DNA of 64,000 nucleotides from an uncultured delta proteobacterium (GTDB lineage: Bacteria; Myxococcota; Myxococcia; Myxococcales; Anaeromyxobacteraceae): NCBI GenBank assembly GCA_963766715.1, contig CAVYBH010000002.1:32001-96000 (forward strand). The letters are read 5' to 3'. This document shows, one piece after another, positions 1 to 9,824 of this stretch. A program made the position numbers and the translations under genes. Each line of letters starts with the position of its first letter. Positions within the stretch are counted from its first letter, which is position 1. The notes below the pieces were generated by a model. The model was not told the origin of the DNA and made no database searches. It saw nothing but the letters and a program-made list of their open reading frames with translations.

Positions 1-3
1 AAC

Positions 4-398
4 ATGCGACGTGCATCGAGCTGGTTGGCTGGCCTGGCCGTGGTGGGACTCGCAGCGTGCGGAGGGAGTGACGGAGGTGGAACCACGGGGGGCAGTTGCA
101 CGCCCTCGCTCGCGTCGAACGTCTCGATCACCGCGGCCGGCGTGTCGCCCAAGGCCGTGTGCATCCTCCCGACCGGAACGGTCACGTTCACGAACAACGA
201 CACCGTCCGCACGACATCGAGGCGGACGTCGGTTGCACGCCCCTGAACCTGGGCGCGATCGCGCCGGGCGCGAACAAGGTGGCGACGTTCCCGTGGGCCG
301 CGACCTGCGCCTACCACGACGCGCTGAACGCGACGAACGCGCTCTTCCAGGGAACGGTGGCGGTGAGCCCCGCTCCGGTGACCGGTCCCGGCTACTGA
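4..398 (+). CDS. Cupredoxin-like lipoprotein (frameshift near 210)
   Basis: Lipobox LAAC; VTFTNNDTV continues in another frame as HDIEA...ATFPWAATCAYHD...FQGTVAV, a plastocyanin-like strand pattern. Confidence 0.6.
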
Positions 399-405
399 GC
401 CGACG

Positions 406-1053
406 ATGAACGCGGCCCGGCGACTTCCCTGGCTCGCCGTCCTCGCGGCCACGTGGCTGGCTCCGGCGGAAGCGGCCCACGCCAGCCCGAGCCGGTGGTC
501 GGCGGCCCCTGGCCGGAGCCGGATCACGGTCCACGTCTACAAGAAGGGCTTCCTCTCCGGCATGGCCCACGACCATCACTTCGCCGCCGGGAGCTTCCGC
601 GTCACGGCCACCTCGACGGAGCGGCGCCCGCCCAGGCGAGGTTCGAGGTGACCATCGCCGCCGGCTCGCTCCGGGACCAGCAGCCGGACCTCTCCGACGA
701 GGACCGCGCCAAGGTGGACGCACAGGCGGCCGGCGCCGACGTGCTCGACGCCGCCCGCTTCCCGGAGATCCGGTTCGCGCCGGAAGGTCCGGCCGAGTCG
801 GTCGCTCCGGCTCGAGCCGGACGGCAGCATCGACGGCGAGCTGGCCGGGACGCTGTCCCTGCGCGGCAAGCAGCATCCGGTCGCCGTCCGGGTGCACGCG
901 ACGAAGGAAGGGGAGGCCTGGCACGCGCGAGGCTCTGCCCGGTTCAAGCAGAGCGACTTCGGCATCGAGCCGTACAGCGGCTTCCTGGGCGCGGTCGCCG
1001 TCCACGACGAGATCCTGGTGGAGTACGACCTGGTGCTGGACCAGGCCGGGTGA
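406..1053 (+). CDS. YceI-family periplasmic lipid/polyisoprenoid-binding protein (frameshifted)
   Basis: Signal peptide; SRITVHV..GFLSGMAHDH, VLDAARFPEIRF, GTLSLRG, FKQSDFGIEPYS across three frames; TGA at 1051. Confidence 0.8.
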
Positions 1054-1112
1054 GAGGCGGTCGGGCGTCCGCCCGCCACAGCAGGGCCTGGGGGCCCGGA
1101 GGAGGACGGGAG

Positions 1113-2240
1113 ATGAGCCGGAAGATCCTTGGAAGGGTCGCGATCCTGACGGGAGCGGTCGCGATGGCGCTCGCCGGATGCTCGGCCAGCACGGCCGACC
1201 TTCAGCCGCTCGCGTGGCAGAAGGTGCAGGGCCCCGGGCCTGGCGGCGCCCTGCTCGGCCTCGACGGGGCGGGAACCTTCGACGAGCGCGCGAATTTCAC
1301 GGTAAGTGCGTTCAAGGACGCCGGCGTCTACTACCTCTACTACGGGGGCAGCGATGCCACCGGGGCCTGCGCCGGCATCAACGGGTCGCACTGGCGCGTC
1401 GGGCTCGCGCAGTCCACCGACGGCGTGAACTGGACCCGCGTCCCGGGTGTCGAGACCGGCGGCGCAATCCTGGACAACGGGAGCCCGGGCCAGTTCGACG
1501 AGTTCCTCACCTACCGCCCGTTCGTGCTCAAGGACGGGGCCGTGTTTCGCATGTGGTACAACGGCAGCACCGAGCCCTTCAACTGTCCCATCGGCACGCT
1601 CGCGCTCAACCGGCGAATCGGCTACGCGGATTCGTCCGACGGGATCCACTGGACCAAGCACTACGACGGTCCGGGCCCGGGAGGCAGCGTCCTGCCGCTC
1701 GGCGCAACCGACGCCATCGACGGTCAGCAGGTCGGGTACGTCTGGGTCCTGAAGGACGGCGCGCAGTACAAGATGTACTACTCCGCCAACGACTCCGGGA
1801 ACTTCTGGCGCGTCGGCCTCGCGGTCTCCACCGACGCCCGCACCTGGACCAAGGTGCCCGGCAAGCTGGCCAACGGCTCCATCCTGGACCTGGGTCCGGC
1901 GGGCAGCTTCGACGCGGCCTGTGCCTACCAGCCGTCGGTCGTGAAGGAGCGGGAGAACCTCTACCGCATGTGGTACCGCGCCTGCGCGGCGCCCGGGAGG
2001 TTCGGCGGCCCGAGCGGCGGCGTCATCGGCTATGCCGAGTCGAACGACGGGATCACCTGGGTCAAGATCCCGCAGCCGGGCCCGAGCGGCGAGGCCCTCG
2101 GGCCGGGCGCGGCCGGCCAGTTCGACTCCGGCGGCCTGACCACGCCCTCCGTGTTCATCGACGGGAATGGCTGGGCCATGTACTACGCCGGCTTCGACAC
2201 GGCGGGGCAGTTCCTCAGCGGTCTGGCCAGGGCGCCCTAG
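1113..2240 (+). CDS. Lipoprotein with glycoside-hydrolase-like beta-propeller repeats (GH43/32/130-type fold)
   Basis: GGAGG RBS, lipobox LAGC; repeated (Y/F)xMWY/YY...(I/V)GxAxSxDGxxWT motifs. Confidence 0.7.
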   Translation: MSRKILGRVAILTGAVAMALAGCSASTADLQPLAWQKVQGPGPGGALLGLDGAGTFDERANFTVSAFKDAGVYYLYYGGSDATGACAGINGSHWRVGLAQSTDGVNWTRVPGVETGGAILDNGSPGQFDEFLTYRPFVLKDGAVFRMWYNGSTEPFNCPIGTLALNRRIGYADSSDGIHWTKHYDGPGPGGSVLPLGATDAIDGQQVGYVWVLKDGAQYKMYYSANDSGNFWRVGLAVSTDARTWTKVPGKLANGSILDLGPAGSFDAACAYQPSVVKERENLYRMWYRACAAPGRFGGPSGGVIGYAESNDGITWVKIPQPGPSGEALGPGAAGQFDSGGLTTPSVFIDGNGWAMYYAGFDTAGQFLSGLARAP

Positions 2241-3020
2241 ATGCCGGGGCTCCGTCGCGCCCTGTGGATCCTGCTCGCGGTGGCCGCCGCGGGCCCGGCG
2301 AGCGCGCAGACGATGCTCGACCAGGAGCAGCGGCTCATCCAGATCCACTCCCTGCTCCTGGACCTGCCGCCGGTCCAGGCGCCGGGCGCGCTCTCCCCCG
2401 GCCAGCTCAGCCTGGGGCTGGAGCTCATCGGCATCCCGTACATCGACGGCACCACGGGCGGGAAGGTCCAGATCACCGCCTCCGATCGGACCCGGATCTT
2501 CCCGCGCCCGCGCATCGCGCTGGGGCTGCCGGCGCCGGAAGGCTTCCGGACCTTCGTCGGCCTCTCGTACATCCCGCCGATCCCCATCAACGGCGTGAGC
2601 ACCAACTACTTCGGGCTCGAGGCGGGCATCGCGTACGCTCCGGGCGACCTGGCGATCGGGCTGCGCGGGCACGGCGTGTACGCGTTCTCGAAGTCTCCCG
2701 TCACCGATCCGGCGACCAAGGACACGCTCGAGACCTGGGAGTTCGGGGCCGATCTCTCGGCGGGCTACCGCTTCGACCTGGGTCCGGTCAGCCTGACGCC
2801 CTACGCGGGCGCGGGCGTGGTCTACCTCGACGGGCACTTCACGGTGACGAGCGACGGCGTGCTCCTCCAGAGCCAGTACACCGGCCTCTCGCTGGAGGCG
2901 GGGCTCCGCCTGGTCATCGTGAAGCACTGGGAGGTGGTCGGCGAGGTGGACGCCTACCCCGGGCGCCTCGTCCACGTCGGCGTGCTCCTCGGCTACGCCT
3001 TCAACCTCTGGGGCCCGTAG
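2241..3020 (+). CDS. Secreted, probable outer-membrane beta-barrel protein
   Basis: Signal peptide ASA|Q; alternating Gly/aromatic strands; near-terminal LGYAF. Confidence 0.6.
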   Translation: MPGLRRALWILLAVAAAGPASAQTMLDQEQRLIQIHSLLLDLPPVQAPGALSPGQLSLGLELIGIPYIDGTTGGKVQITASDRTRIFPRPRIALGLPAPEGFRTFVGLSYIPPIPINGVSTNYFGLEAGIAYAPGDLAIGLRGHGVYAFSKSPVTDPATKDTLETWEFGADLSAGYRFDLGPVSLTPYAGAGVVYLDGHFTVTSDGVLLQSQYTGLSLEAGLRLVIVKHWEVVGEVDAYPGRLVHVGVLLGYAFNLWGP

Positions 3021-4023
3021 AGCCGGGGCTCCGCCGGGCCACAGCATCGCCGCAGCGTCGTCGGCCACGGTGGACGCGGCCAGTTCCGTCATGCAGCGGT
3101 GGTGCCCCTTGGGGCAGCGGGCTCCGCCGTGGTTGGAGCACGGGGCGCAGTCGATGGGGTGGGTCACGGCCTTCCCGGGCGGGGGCGGTCCCCAGCGCTC
3201 GGGGGAGGTCGGGCCGAACACCGCCAGCACCGGCGTCCCGACCGCGGTGGCCAGGTGCACCGGACCGGAGTCGCAGGCCACGAGCAGGTCGACCGCTGCG
3301 AGGCCAGCCGCGAGCCCCTCGACCGGGAGACGGGTGAGATCGCCGCTCGATCGGGGCGCGGCAGGCGGCGCGGAATCCGGCCAGGGCCGCCTCGTCGGCG
3401 GGACCCCCGGCGAGCACGATGCTCGCCCCCCGCGCGGCGAGCGCGTCCGCCACCGCGGCGAAGCGCTCGGGCGCCCAGAGCTTGGTGGCCTGGCTCGCCC
3501 CGGGCGCCACCGCGACGCGCGGCCGTCTCGCCCCGGCGAGCGCCGCCGCCGCCGCGTCCCGGGCGTCGCCCGGGAGCGCCACCTGGATGCGGCCAGGCCG
3601 GTCGACGCCGAGCGGGCGGAGCACGTCGGCGTAGAGCTGGGTGGCGCCCGGGCCGCGCACCGGCGGGTCCACGCCCAGGAGCGCCAGCGCCGATTGCCCG
3701 GGCGTGCGGCGCCGGAACACGAGCTGCCTGCGCCCGGCGGCCCGGGCCACGATGGCGCTCTTCACCTTGTTCTGGAGGTCGATGGCCAGGTCGAAGCGGC
3801 CGCGCAGCTTCACGGCCAGCTCGACCGCCTCGCGCAGCCCGCCCCGGCCGAGGCGGTGCACGCGGGCGAGCCCGGGAAGACCCTCCAGGAGCGGCGCATA
3901 GGCCGGGGAGGTGACCCATTCGATCCGGGCGTCCGGAAAGCGCGCCCGCAGCGGCTCGAGCACCGAGGTGGCGAGCACCACGTCGCCGAGCGCGCTGTAG
4001 CGGATGACGAGGACGGAGCGCAA
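3018..4023 (-). CDS. Glycosyltransferase family 9 (LPS heptosyltransferase-like), frameshifted; 3' end approximate
   Basis: VLVIRYSALGDVVL, FDLAIDLQ, APGASQATKLW, then DSGPVHLATAVGTPVLAVFGPT and CAPC...CPKGHHRCM in a second frame. Confidence 0.85.
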
Positions 4024-4069
4024 CGAGGTCTTGTACCGGCGGAGGCGCGCGGCGCGCAAGGCGCCCCGG

Positions 4070-4088
4070 TGATAGGTTCAGCCTATCA
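4070..4088. promoter_or_regulatory. Candidate OxyR/LysR operator (ATAG-N7-CTAT)
   Basis: Perfect inverted repeat TGATAG-gttcagc-CTATCA overlapping the oxyR start codon. Confidence 0.7.
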
Positions 4089-5081
4089 TGCGCTCGAGTC
4101 CTCACCCCTTCACCCTCCGGCAGCTCCAGTACGCCGCCGCCGTGGCCGACCTGCGCTCCTTCCGCCGCGCCGCGGAGCGCTGCCACGTCTCCCAGCCGTC
4201 CCTCTCGGCCCAGGTGATCCAGCTGGAGGAGGCGCTCGGCGTCCGGCTCTTCGAGCGGGGCTCCCGCAAGGTGCTCATCACGGCGGCGGGCGAGGCGGTG
4301 CTGGCCCGGCTGCGCAGGCTCCTGCTCGAGGCCGACGACCTCTCCGACAGCGTCCGGCAGCTCGGCGACCCCCTCGCCGGCACGTTGCGGCTCGGCGTCA
4401 TCCCGACCGTCTCGCCGTACCTGCTCCCGGAGGTGGTTCCGGAGCTGCGGGCGCGCCATCCGGGACTGACGGTGGTGTGGGTCGAGGACAAGACCGAGAA
4501 CCTGGTGGAGGCGCTCCGGGACGGGCGGATCGACGGCGCGCTCCTGGCGCTCGAGGCGCCGCTCGGCGAGGTGGAGAAGGAGGTGGTCTGCGAGGACCCG
4601 TTCGTCCTGGTGGCCGCGCCCGGCCACCCGCTCGTGCAGTCCGACGCGCCGGCCACGCCACAGGACCTGCGCGGCACCGGGTTCCTGCTCCTCGACGACG
4701 GGCACTGCTTCCGCGACCAGGCGCTCGCGTACTGCGCCTCGGCTCGCGGCCGCGAGCTCGACTTCCGGGCCACGAGCCTCGGCACCCTGGCCCAGATGGT
4801 CGCGGGCGGCGCGGGCGTCACGCTGCTCCCCCGGCTCACGCTGCCGGTCGAGAACCGCCGCTCCGAGCTCGCGGTCCGCCGCCTCGCCAGCCCCGAGCCG
4901 CACCGCACGCTCGCGCTCGATCTGGCGCCCCCGCTCCCCGATCGGGCCGGCGCTGCGCCGGCTCGCCCAGACCATCCACGAGGCGTGCGTCCGCTCGGAG
5001 GAGCGGCTCGAGGCGCTGGTCGGAGGGCGGGGCGCTCCCGCCGCGAAGCCCCGGCGCGGCGCGGTGCGGACGCGCGTCTGA
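4088..5081 (+). CDS. oxyR: Hydrogen peroxide-inducible LysR regulator OxyR (frameshift near 4920)
   Basis: LysR HTH LRQLQY...FRRAAERCHVSQPSLS; GHCFRDQALAYC (CX8C redox pair); FRATSLGTL. Confidence 0.88.
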
Positions 5082-5201
5082 GCGGTCGCCAGCCCGGTTG
5101 CGAGCGATCCCCCCACCAGGGATGGGCGCCCCCCCTCCGGCACCGTAGGATCCCCGTCACGTTCGGTTTCACCACGCCGCACCGTCCGCAGGAAGGGGCA
5201 C

Positions 5202-6618
5202 ATGCACTGGCACTGGGCCTGGATCCTCCCCATCGCCAACTGGTCGATCCGGCTCTGGGCCATCTGGGCGGTCCCTCGCCGGCGGTCCCCGAACGCGGCC
5301 CGCGCCTGGCTGCTGCTCATCGTCCTGCTGCCGATCCCCGGGTTCGCCCTCTACTCGATCTTCGGGCGCGCCTACCTGCCGAGCAAGCGGCGGGAGCGGC
5401 AGAGGCAGGCCACCCGGCTCATCCGCGATTCCCCGGCGCTCGTCGGGGTTCCGGGCTCGGTGCAGGTGGGGGACGCGCAGCAGGCCACCGCGCACCTGGC
5501 GCCGGAAGCTGGGCGCCTTCCCGGTGGTGGCCGGCAACCGGGTCGAGCTGATCGACCACTACGAGACCTCGATCGACCGGCTCGTCGCCGACATCGACGC
5601 GGCGCAGGAGAGCGTGCACCTGCTCTTCTACATCTTCGAGCCCGATCGCCACCGGTCGCCGGGTGGCCGACGCCGTGATCCGCGCGGCCGGCCGCGGGGC
5701 CACCTGCCGCGTGATGATGGACGGCATGGCGTCGCGCCCCGGGCTGAAAGCAGCTGGCTCCCGGGCTGCGCGCCCACGGCGTGGAGGTGCTGTCGATGCT
5801 CACCCCGGGCACGCGCCAGGCCCGGCGCGACCTGCGCAACCACCGGAAGATCGCCGTCCTGGACGGACGGGTCGGCTACACGGGATCCCAGAACCTCGTC
5901 GACGCCTTCGACTACAAGGGGCGGGGACTCACCAACGAGGAGCTGATGGTCCGGGTCGAGGGGCCGGTGGTCCGGCAGCTCCAGGCCATCTTCCTCACCG
6001 ACCGCTTCCTGGAGGACGGAACGCGGGTCGACGTGGAGCCGGCTCTATCCTCCGGAGGCCACGGCCGGGACGGTCCGGGCGCAGGCGCTGCCGAGCGGTC
6101 CCACCTACGAGGCCGAGAACAACGAGCGCACCTTCGTCCAGATGCTCTACGGCGCCCGCAAGCGCATCGTGGTCACGTCGCCGTACTTCGTCCCCGATCG
6201 ACCGTTCGTGGAGGCCATGCAGGCGGGGGCCGCCCGCGGCCTGGAGGTCCACCTGATCACGCCCCGGCAGGCCGACCAGTGGCTGGTGCGGCTCGCCCAG
6301 GAGTCGTTCTACGAGGAGCTGCTGGCGGCCGGGGTCCAAATCCACCTCTACCGGCCGAGGTTCCTCCACGCGAAGCACCTGTCGGTCGACGACGACATCG
6401 CCGCCATCGGCTCCTCCAACATCGACATGCGATCCTTCACGCTGAACGAGGAGGCGGTGTTGATGTTCTACGACCAGGGCGTGGTGGCCGACCTGGCGCG
6501 CATCCAGGACCGCTACATCCGGGATTCCGACCTGCTCACGAAGGAGGAGTGGCAGCGCCGCAAGCCGCTCCGCCAGACGGCGCAGCAGCTGGCGCGGCTG
6601 GTCGACTCGCTGCTGTAG
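5202..6618 (+). CDS. cls: Cardiolipin synthase (PLD family), several frameshifts
   Basis: Two N-terminal TM helices; HKD motifs RNHRKIAVLDG and LHAKHLSVDD; TSPYFVPD; GSSNIDMRSF. Confidence 0.88.
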
Positions 6619-6781
6619 CCGAGCGCATCCCCACCACGTCGCCGGGACCTCGCGACGGGCCAGAAGCTCGACAGGGGCAGGGATCGGGTGGACGATCCCG
6701 GGACGACTGGCCGGCGTCGGTGCAGCGGGACGGGGGCGGAGGCGGCGGTGGAGACTCGGGAAGATCTCGGACGCGACGGAC

Positions 6782-7472
6782 GTGGAGCAGGCCCTCGACC
6801 TGCTCTTCGGCGCCAACCGCCCCACGGCCACCCACGGGGATACCTTCCGCCGGGAGGTCCGGGAGGCGTTCCGCCGGCGGCGCCCTCGACACGCACCCGG
6901 ATCGCGCCCAGGCGCTCGGCCGGAGCGAGGCCAGCCTCGCCGAGGACTTCCGGCACATCCTGGAGGCCTACCAGATCCTGTCGCGGGAGGAGGCCGTCCC
7001 GGCGCCGCGCCCGGTCGCGCAGCCACCCCGGGAGCGCGCCTCCCGCCCGCCCCGGGATCACGTTCACCGGGCGCCCTTGCCTCACCGGCCGCTGCTCTTC
7101 GCCGAGTTCCTCTACTACTCGGGCCGCGCCTCCTGGCGGAACCTGGTGGAGGCCGTGGCGTGGCAGCGGCGCCAGCGCCCCGCCATCGGGCGCATCGCGG
7201 TCGAATGGGGCCACCTCTCCGACGAGGAGGTCCGGGAGCTCCTCGACCAGCGCCGCCGGGAGGGGTCGTCCGCGGAGCCCTTCGGCGAGTACGCCCGGAA
7301 GAGGGGCTTCCTCTCGGCGGCCCAGCTCCTGGCCCTCCTCGGCCGGCAGCGGCGCCTGCAGCGCAGGATCGGCCAGTTCTTCGTCGAGTGCGGGATCCTG
7401 GCCGAGACCGAGATTCCCTCCCTCGACCAGGACCTGTCCCGCCACAACGCGCGGTGGCGCCGGAGCGCCTGA
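6782..7472 (+). CDS. J-domain protein with C-terminal MshEN-like repeats (frameshift near 6880; start approximate)
   Basis: EVREAFRRR + ALDTHPDR...FRHILEAYQILS gives a J-domain with HPD; repeated G..(L/I)S..(L/V)..LL..Q helices. Confidence 0.72.
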
Positions 7473-7559
7473 GGCCGCGCCCCGTACGGGTGCAGTCCCC
7501 GGTGGAGCCCCTCCCGGCGGTACAATCCTCCTCTCTCCCACATCGCGGAGGCCAACCCG

Positions 7560-7853
7560 ATGGCGACCAGGGCCGAGTGGTTTCGCTACAACACCGAGCG
7601 CGCGGGGCCGAAGAAGGCGAAGCAGGTGAAGAAGCCCAAGCCAGGCCCGAAGCCGCACAACCTGGCCACGACCGACCGCAAGGCGCTCTACGCGTTCGAG
7701 GACTTCGCCCCCGGGGCCAGGCCGTCGCGGAAGTCGACGCGCAAGGGCTCGAACCGCCAGAAGACGGACGCCAAGTTCCGGCTCACGCGGGCCAAGTCCG
7801 AGGTGGTGCCGAGGAAGCCCGCCAAGCCGCGGGCCGGCGCCAAGAAGGGCTGA
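7560..7853 (+). CDS. Small Lys/Arg-rich hypothetical protein
   Basis: GGAGG RBS, upstream TACAAT at 7521, typical GC3-rich codon usage. Confidence 0.7.
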   Translation: MATRAEWFRYNTERAGPKKAKQVKKPKPGPKPHNLATTDRKALYAFEDFAPGARPSRKSTRKGSNRQKTDAKFRLTRAKSEVVPRKPAKPRAGAKKG

Positions 7854-7957
7854 TCCCGCCCCGCCCGGGACGACGGGCCCCGCCGGGCCGTCTCCACGGA
7901 ACGTGGAAGCGGTCTAGACTGTGGGGCAACGTCGGGGTGAACCCAGGGAGGCGGTCG

Positions 7958-9128
7958 ATGGCGGCTTCGTTTGCGAGGTGGATGGCGCGGTGGTCCTGGG
8001 TCGCCGCGCTGGTCGTGGCCTGCGCCGGGGCCGGTTGCACGTCGTCCGGCAAGACCTGCCCGACCGGCCAGCTCGCCTGCTCGGGCGCCTGCATCGACCC
8101 GGCCACCGATCCCCTGCACTGCGGGTCCTGCAACACCGCCTGCTACTCCGGCTCGAGCTGCGTCGCCGGGGCGCTGCGAGTGCCCCGCCGCGACGCCCGA
8201 CACGTGCGGCATCCGGTGCGTGAACCTCCAGACCGACGCCGCGAACTGCGGAACCTGCGGCCACGGGTGTGGCCTGGGCCAGTGCGTGGGCGCCAGCTGC
8301 GTCTGCGACGTGAGCCCGGTCCTCCCCAACACAATCACGCTCTGTCCGCCCGGCGCTCCGACGACGGGCTCGTGCGTCGACACCGCCACGAACGGCGCCA
8401 ACTGCGGCGCCTGCGGAAACGTCTGCGTGCCGAACAACGTCTGCAGCTCGAGCACCTGCCAGTGCCTCTCGCCCAACACCGCCTGTCCGGGCGCGGTGCG
8501 CGGGATCGTCGATCTGCACCGACACCAGCACCGACCCCACCAACTGCGGCCTCTGCGGAAACGTCTGCTCGGCGGACCAGATCTGCAGCGGTGGCGCCTG
8601 CTCCCTGGCCTGCGCGAGCGGGCTCACGCTCTGCAACGGCAACTGCGTGAACCTCCAGAACGACGTCGCGAACTGCGGGGTGTGCGGGCGCACCTGCTCG
8701 TCCGGGCAGACCTGCTCGGCCGGCACCTGCCAGGCCGCCTGCGCCACCCGCACCTGCGGCACGACGTGCTGCGCCGACAACACGGCCTGCTGCGGGTCGT
8801 CGTGCCCGAACCGGCACCAGAACTTCATCGGGACGACCAGCGTGCAGACCTACTTCGACTGCACGCCGACCGGGACCTACACCGCGACGACGGCGGAGAC
8901 GGCCGCCCGGAAGTGGGCGCCGAACGGGCTCCAGCTCGAGCAACCTGTCCTGCCCGATGGTGGGCGGCGGCACGACCTGCTTCCAGCTGCAGAAGCCGAC
9001 CGCTCGGGATCGACACGGGCTGCGGCGTGTGGTGCTACCAGGGCCCCTTCGCCGGGACGCTCTCCGTCAGCCCAGACTTCATCTGCTCTTGCCCCACGAC
9101 GCCGCTGGGGACGAAGGACTGGGACTAG
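7958..9128 (+). CDS. Cysteine-rich repeat lipoprotein (myxobacterial/Stig1-like repeats), several frameshifts
   Basis: Lipobox GAGC; repeated C(V/I)(N/D)xxxDxxNCGxCGxxC units. Confidence 0.8.
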
Positions 9129-9131
9129 CGG

Positions 9132-9824
9132 TCACTGCCCGAGGATGACCCGGTCGTAGTACTGGGCCGCGGGCACGCCGCTCGCCTTCGCCCGCGCGAG
9201 CGCGGCGTCGATGGCGCTGCGGAAGGCGGCCGCCGGCTGCGCGCCGACCACCAGCGTGCCGTTCACGACGAAGCTGGGGGTGCCGCCGATGCCCACCTGG
9301 CGGCCCAGCGCGGCGTCCGCCTCGATCCGCGCCTCCATGGCCGCCGGGCTGGCGCGGCAGGCCTGCCACGCCGCCACGTCGAGACCGGCCTGGGCGGCGA
9401 ACGCCTCCAGGTCCGCGTCGAACCCGCCGTCGAAGAGGGTTCCGGCCCTCGCGGCCGCGAAGACGAGGTCGTGGAACTCCCAGAAGCCTCCCTGGGCGCG
9501 GGCGCACTCGGCGGCCACCGCGGCCGGGATCGCCCGGGCGTGCTGGGAGAGCGGGAAGTGCTTGAACACGTGCCGGACGTCCGGTCCGTACTCCGGAAGG
9601 ACCTGCGCGAGCGTCGGCTGCACCATCACGCAGTACGGGCACTGGAAGTCGGAGAACTCGACGATGGTGACCCAGGCGTCGGCCGGTCCGTCCACCGGCG
9701 AGTCGGCCACCGGGACCCGCAGCACGCCCGCGGTGGCCTCGGTGGTCGTGCTCGAGCCGCACGCGGCGAGGAGGAGGGCCAGGGCGGTGACGAGCGCGGT
9801 GGCGAGGACGGATCGCGTCCTCAT
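9132..9824 (-). CDS. DsbA-family thioredoxin-fold lipoprotein
   Basis: Lipobox LAAC; VTIVEFSDFQCPYC; KHFPL; GIGGTPSFVVNG; GAQP. Confidence 0.9.
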   Translation of the reverse strand: MRTRSVLATALVTALALLLAACGSSTTTEATAGVLRVPVADSPVDGPADAWVTIVEFSDFQCPYCVMVQPTLAQVLPEYGPDVRHVFKHFPLSQHARAIPAAVAAECARAQGGFWEFHDLVFAAARAGTLFDGGFDADLEAFAAQAGLDVAAWQACRASPAAMEARIEADAALGRQVGIGGTPSFVVNGTLVVGAQPAAAFRSAIDAALARAKASGVPAAQYYDRVILGQ

